Made by a program: the position numbers and the translations under genes | The notes under the pieces: generated by a model | Seen by the model: the letters and a program-made list of their open reading frames with translations, nothing else | What the model was told of the DNA's origin: nothing | The model's database searches: none | Shown: positions 59,660 to 64,000 of the stretch, in pieces | How positions within the stretch are numbered: the stretch's first letter is position 1 | Layout of the letters: the number at the start of each line of letters is the position of its first letter | Virus record (IMG/VR): IMGVR_UViG_3300010162_000393 | Span: 72,865-136,864 of that record | Strand: one strand, 5' to 3' | Length of the DNA stretch: 64,000 bases | Source of the DNA: a virus | Lineage: Duplodnaviria; Caudoviricetes

Positions 59660-60803
59660 TGTTAAGGTTTTTCAATAGTTCTTTTACTTCATCTTTTTTT
59701 GAAACAATATATTGTTCAAAAATAAGTTTTGTTTGTTCTTGTTGATTTTCTTTAGTGAATCTATTATCAAATCTTTTCATACTAACTTTAAATTCTTTCG
59801 GAATATTATCTTCAATGTAAGTATTGATGACGGTTGAAATAGCATTATGAACACTATTCAAATTTGAACACCATATTACAGAATCTGTTAATCCTCCGTC
59901 ATCTCTTATCATCCAGTCGGTTGGTTCCTCAGGTATAATACATATTGGTATTGTTCCACAACGCATTGCTTCAAGTGGTGAATAACCAAAATTTGTAAAA
60001 TGATCATACCATACACAAGCAACAGATTTTTCCAATTCAATTGAAAAAACATCTTGGGTTAAACCTGCAAGTTGTTTGAATGATATGAATTTGAAGATTG
60101 GGTATTTCAGATAAAACCATTTTACTATTCTGTTTGCTGCCGTTCTGTCATTTGACACAATAGATATTTGTAAATCTTTTTCACGAGAATTTCTTTCAAA
60201 GAATAATGGTGATATGAATGGTTCGATAACGCTTACTCTCAAATACGGCATTACTTCCAATAAAAGTTCTTTTTGTCTTTCAGATGTTGTAATAATATCA
60301 AGAATACCATGTGAACCAAATTCAACACCAACCGGCATTGTTTCTGTAATCAGATTAAAGTTTTGACAAAGAATAACTCTCTTACATGGTAGTTTTTTTG
60401 TTTCGTGCATAAGAGAGGAAAATATTTCCGGTATTACCAAAATGTCACTGATATTAATACTAACATCGTCTTTCTTCACATTTTTATGAGGAATATCTTC
60501 CATATATTTTTTACCTAATACTTCGTCTACGCCTACAAATTCGTCATCGTCATCTACTTGATACAAAAATTCTACTTTATAACCTAACTCCAATAAATTA
60601 TAACCTAAATTATAAACATAATATTGTGATCCACTTGGATTATTTTTGCTGTCTATTACAAAAAAGAAAATTTTATTTTCATTTTTATCAAATTTTTCTA
60701 ATTCTCCAGTTAGTTTCACAATTATATCCTCTTTACTTAATTTTGGTTGAGGTATTTCATCTACTATACTCGCTTCGATTTTTTGTTTCTTCATTTTATT
60801 CAA
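59634..60803 (-). CDS. Glycosyltransferase-like protein (GT-B)
   Basis: DILVIPE, VILCQN, FGYSPLEAMRCG. Confidence 0.65.
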   Translation of the reverse strand: MNKMKKQKIEASIVDEIPQPKLSKEDIIVKLTGELEKFDKNENKIFFFVIDSKNNPSGSQYYVYNLGYNLLELGYKVEFLYQVDDDDEFVGVDEVLGKKYMEDIPHKNVKKDDVSINISDILVIPEIFSSLMHETKKLPCKRVILCQNFNLITETMPVGVEFGSHGILDIITTSERQKELLLEVMPYLRVSVIEPFISPLFFERNSREKDLQISIVSNDRTAANRIVKWFYLKYPIFKFISFKQLAGLTQDVFSIELEKSVACVWYDHFTNFGYSPLEAMRCGTIPICIIPEEPTDWMIRDDGGLTDSVIWCSNLNSVHNAISTVINTYIEDNIPKEFKVSMKRFDNRFTKENQQEQTKLIFEQYIVSKKDEVKELLKNLNNDIEETKN

Positions 60804-60844
60804 TTTTTATTTAAATATAAATTTATGATTATTTTTTCAAATAG

Positions 60845-61195
60845 TTATACTTCTCTTTTTGAATTTGCTTTTTCTACCATATCTTTTACACTTGTTAGAT
60901 CCCCTTCTTTTGTTGTATCATTACTTGATAATGAACTATTTTCATTTTCTATTCGTTTATTGTGTAATTGTATAAAAAGTCTTCTATCAGCAACAGGCAT
61001 ATCCATAATTTCATCTAATGAGAATTTCACTATACATCGTAATCCGTATATTTCTTCCATTAAAAATTTTTCATATTGTGGGGTCATCATACTAAATAAT
61101 CTTTCCCCAAAAGTATAAAACATTATATTTAAAGAAGGATTTTCACGATTTACTCTATATTCTGCATATTCTTCATTATTAGTTAATACGGACAT
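60845..61195 (-). CDS. Baseplate hub assembly protein (T4 gp51-like)
   Basis: FSLDEIMDMPVADRRLFI motif; near the gp26-like gene. Confidence 0.55.
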   Translation of the reverse strand: MSVLTNNEEYAEYRVNRENPSLNIMFYTFGERLFSMMTPQYEKFLMEEIYGLRCIVKFSLDEIMDMPVADRRLFIQLHNKRIENENSSLSSNDTTKEGDLTSVKDMVEKANSKREV

Positions 61196-62108
61196 TGTTA
61201 CTTATCATTTTATTAAAATCAACTGATAGAAATTCTCTCGGAAATTGTGATAATATAGGATCTGGTTGAAGTTGTGCATTACCTTGTACGTGAACGTGTT
61301 TCAGAAAAGCATCCTTAAATGCTGATAAAAATTCTATTAAAACATCTCCAAATGGTAATCTATGACAAGTTTCTAATATTTTTTTCATATCTTCTGTATT
61401 TATTAAATCATCAGTATCATATAAGTCGCTGTTATTAATCTCACTTGATGATTTGTTTTCAGAACTTGATATTAAATTAATCTCATCTGCAACTATTGTA
61501 GTAATAGTACGAGATGTCATTTTTATTTCTTTTTTATTGTTGTAAATGTTATTAGTATTAGTATATGTAAATTCACTATCATAATGTTTTTGTTTTACAT
61601 ATGCTGGTTTGTCAAATATAAGTGCGTTTCCGTCTTTTTTATGAACACCGCTTCTAATCCAAATTTCATTATCTTTTAATATAATATCTTCATTATGTCT
61701 TCCTAACAATCCGGTATTATTACCAAACTCCTCTTTTCTATCACCCCTTTCAGGATAAACACCTTCTGAACCTGTATAAAAAGCGGGGTTTGTTCCTGGT
61801 TTAAAAAATGCGTCTAATGAAAAACTTCTTGCTGAACGAGAATCTTGAAAACTTAATTTATCTAATTGTGTTATTATTGGACCAACAAACCAACGCAGAT
61901 GATTTCCGTATAATTCATCTTTATTGTTAGCAAAAACCATTACAAGTTCACCGTTTTTGGGGTGGATATGTAGTGGTTTAGGTAATATAGACATACACCA
62001 CGGTAGTTCAGTAGAAGTCTTATTTTTATCTTCTACTAATCGGACTTGTATTAAACCACCGCCGTGTTTATCAACATTATTTTCTACGGTTCCTAATCTG
62101 TAAATCAT
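61179..62108 (-). CDS. Baseplate spike (gp5/VgrG OB-fold-like)
   Basis: GTVENNVD...IQVRL..LPWC...PKNGELVMV N-terminus; C-terminal HVH spike-tip motif. Confidence 0.65.
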   Translation of the reverse strand: MIYRLGTVENNVDKHGGGLIQVRLVEDKNKTSTELPWCMSILPKPLHIHPKNGELVMVFANNKDELYGNHLRWFVGPIITQLDKLSFQDSRSARSFSLDAFFKPGTNPAFYTGSEGVYPERGDRKEEFGNNTGLLGRHNEDIILKDNEIWIRSGVHKKDGNALIFDKPAYVKQKHYDSEFTYTNTNNIYNNKKEIKMTSRTITTIVADEINLISSSENKSSSEINNSDLYDTDDLINTEDMKKILETCHRLPFGDVLIEFLSAFKDAFLKHVHVQGNAQLQPDPILSQFPREFLSVDFNKMISNNVRIN

Positions 62109-62112
62109 GTTT

Positions 62113-63354
62113 TTAATCGGTTACAGTCATTAAAAATGTTTCATCAACGCCAACATTTACTTTAATAGTTTCACCACCATGTTCTTGTTCTTCCGGTATT
62201 ACTACATTAACTACTGTATTTAATCCAAAAACATGTTCATCGAAATATTTTCTGAATTTTCTTGCTGTTCCTGCTCTCATATTTGCAATACTTTCATAAA
62301 CAAGTTGTCTATTAGTTTCGCCATTGAATGATTTTATAATGCGCGTCATATTTGCAAGCAAAATATTATCCAAAATATTATCACCAACTCCTTTTTTAAT
62401 AACATTATGAATTTTAGAAATTGATTGAACGGCGATATTACGTTCAATTATTTCTTTGTCTGTTATTGATAATATTTCATTTTCTTTTATATCATTCAAA
62501 TCACGCATCATAGTTTCCAATCTTTTTACCGCAACAGATTTAGAAGAATCCATTATCATTTTTTTGAACATTTTATCTTCACCAAAATCAGGATAACCAA
62601 ATTTTAATGTATCACCTTCGTCTGTTTTATATTCAAACCAACCGTTTTCATCACCTTTTAAATCTAACTCTTTATATTTAATGTCTGCTAAATTTATAGT
62701 TGTTGAAAATTCTTTATTACTATATGGATTTTTAACCACTATTGGGTATTCCGGACCGTATGCGGTTGCACGTAAAAATAACAAAATAGCATCTATATCA
62801 CCTTGTACTAACTCATCTACATTTATATCCTTATCCGCCATTACTGATTTTAGAATACTTTCAATTAACATACCCTCAGAATACAAGTTGATGGACATTA
62901 TAAGATTTTCCTCTCTAGCAGTTAGATAATAAATCGGTAATTTTGATTTTTTATGTGGATAACATTCACCATTGGATGGTAATGGTATTACATCGTATTT
63001 TCGGTTTAATCTCGGCGTTGTAGGCGGTATAACTGCTTTTACAGTATTAACTTTGGGTGTGGGTATTTTTGTTTCCTCTATTGGTTTCATTGTTTCTGAA
63101 ACCGGTCTTTTTAAAACATCTTCTTCATTTCTTTGAGAAAATGCTTTGTCGCCGATAATCATATCTTCTGGTTTACCACCTGCTTTTTCAAATTCACCTG
63201 TTACTTCGGTTAGTAATTGTGTTATTTCTTCTTCACGCACCGTGCTTCGTTCAGGATGGCGTTCTTTAATTGTTTTTATTTCATTAGCAGTGTTTTCTAA
63301 CATTGTAGCACTACTTGCCATTAGTTTTTTGAATTTGTCTTGATTACTTTCCAT
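62113..63354 (-). CDS. Baseplate hub/tail assembly chaperone (T4 gp26-like)
   Basis: IPLPSNGECY, LTAREENL, LVQGDIDAILLFLRATAYGPEY. Confidence 0.7.
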   Translation of the reverse strand: MESNQDKFKKLMASSATMLENTANEIKTIKERHPERSTVREEEITQLLTEVTGEFEKAGGKPEDMIIGDKAFSQRNEEDVLKRPVSETMKPIEETKIPTPKVNTVKAVIPPTTPRLNRKYDVIPLPSNGECYPHKKSKLPIYYLTAREENLIMSINLYSEGMLIESILKSVMADKDINVDELVQGDIDAILLFLRATAYGPEYPIVVKNPYSNKEFSTTINLADIKYKELDLKGDENGWFEYKTDEGDTLKFGYPDFGEDKMFKKMIMDSSKSVAVKRLETMMRDLNDIKENEILSITDKEIIERNIAVQSISKIHNVIKKGVGDNILDNILLANMTRIIKSFNGETNRQLVYESIANMRAGTARKFRKYFDEHVFGLNTVVNVVIPEEQEHGGETIKVNVGVDETFLMTVTD

Positions 63355-63410
63355 TTCTTTTAAAATTTAATTTAAATATAATTATGGGGTTGGTTGATTC
63401 AATAGTTACG

Positions 63411-63419
63411 CTATTTATT
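63411..63419 (+). promoter_or_regulatory. Late promoter motif CTATTTATT (an overlapping minus-strand copy lies at 63419-63427)
   Basis: Upstream of ATG 63443. Confidence 0.65.
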
Positions 63420-63442
63420 ATAAATAAATAAAAATTGATTTT

Positions 63443-64000
63443 ATGTCAAGAATATTAGATCCGCAATTCAAAAAAACAGTTAAAAATTCTGTTAGTAATG
63501 AAATTTATAATATGTTACACGAATCTTATGAAAAATCAATAAATGAAAGACTCGATGATAAAATGTCTGCACGTTGGGATAATGTTAAAACAGGAGTAGG
63601 TAATATTGGTAGAGCAATAACTGGTCAAGATACAAAAACGATGGTAGATGTAAATGCTCATTCACAAAAAATGAATCAATCTCGTGCGAATAAAAAATCA
63701 AATGCTAAACTTCAAAAAGTACAAAAAAGGGTGAATAGGCGATTTGATAGTAATATTGCACCTATATTGCAAAGAAGTGGTGTGGAGTCTAGTGGTGTAA
63801 AACAAGAATTAAATAAAGCGATTGCTGCTAATATGAAAGATGATACAACTCCGAATATGGAAGCATCAAGAAAACCTAAGGGTGGGCAGCACCCGGCAGG
63901 ACAAAATACACAACCGGCAGTACCGGCAGGACAAAATACACAACCGGCAGTACCGGCAGGACAAAATACACAACCGGCAGTACCGGCAGGACAAAATACA
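63443..64000 (+). CDS. Putative internal head protein with tandem PAGQNTQPAV repeats (partial)
   Basis: Not in ORF track (open at window end). MSRILDPQFKKTVKNSVSNEIYNMLHESYEKSINE... Confidence 0.7.
   Translation, partial: MSRILDPQFKKTVKNSVSNEIYNMLHESYEKSINERLDDKMSARWDNVKTGVGNIGRAITGQDTKTMVDVNAHSQKMNQSRANKKSNAKLQKVQKRVNRRFDSNIAPILQRSGVESSGVKQELNKAIAANMKDDTTPNMEASRKPKGGQHPAGQNTQPAVPAGQNTQPAVPAGQNTQPAVPAGQNT
63893..64000 (+). repeat. Perfect 30-bp tandem repeat (at least 3.6 copies)
   Basis: CCGGCAGGACAAAATACACAACCGGCAGTA repeated to the window end. Confidence 0.95.

Noticed and set aside
63893-64000. 30-bp repeats as a CRISPR array
   Set aside because: Head-to-tail with no spacers, and in frame within a coding sequence

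Overview
This is an AT-rich, gene-dense segment of a large T4-like (jumbo myovirus-type) bacteriophage genome, using the standard genetic code. The host is probably Bacteroidota, inferred from TAnnTTTG promoter elements, the lack of Shine-Dalgarno signals and the style of the SSB and PyrC proteins. Virion genes are scattered as small, mostly plus-strand islands: a gp23-like major capsid protein, scaffold, neck/tail-completion proteins, a long fibre, baseplate hub/spike and putative internal head proteins. Most islands follow a conserved CTATTTAT late-promoter motif. They sit among minus-strand replication, nucleotide-metabolism, proteostasis and RNA-repair genes (dUTPase, dNMP kinase, dihydroorotase, SSB, RuvC, SNF2 helicase, ClpX, AAA-M41 protease, FKBP, thioredoxin, six orphan DNA methyltransferases). 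Selfish elements include a solo TnpB bracketed by 25-bp inverted repeats and several homing-endonuclease-like genes. The most striking unexplained feature is at about 53200-53520: an apparently self-contained late transcript (own promoter motif and terminator) made of three structurally conserved RNA hairpin units with variable loops, directly downstream of a 607-aa TerD-like-domain protein. This is a candidate protein-RNA array system. No tRNA, rRNA or CRISPR array was recognised. All product calls are from motif recognition by eye, not database searches.
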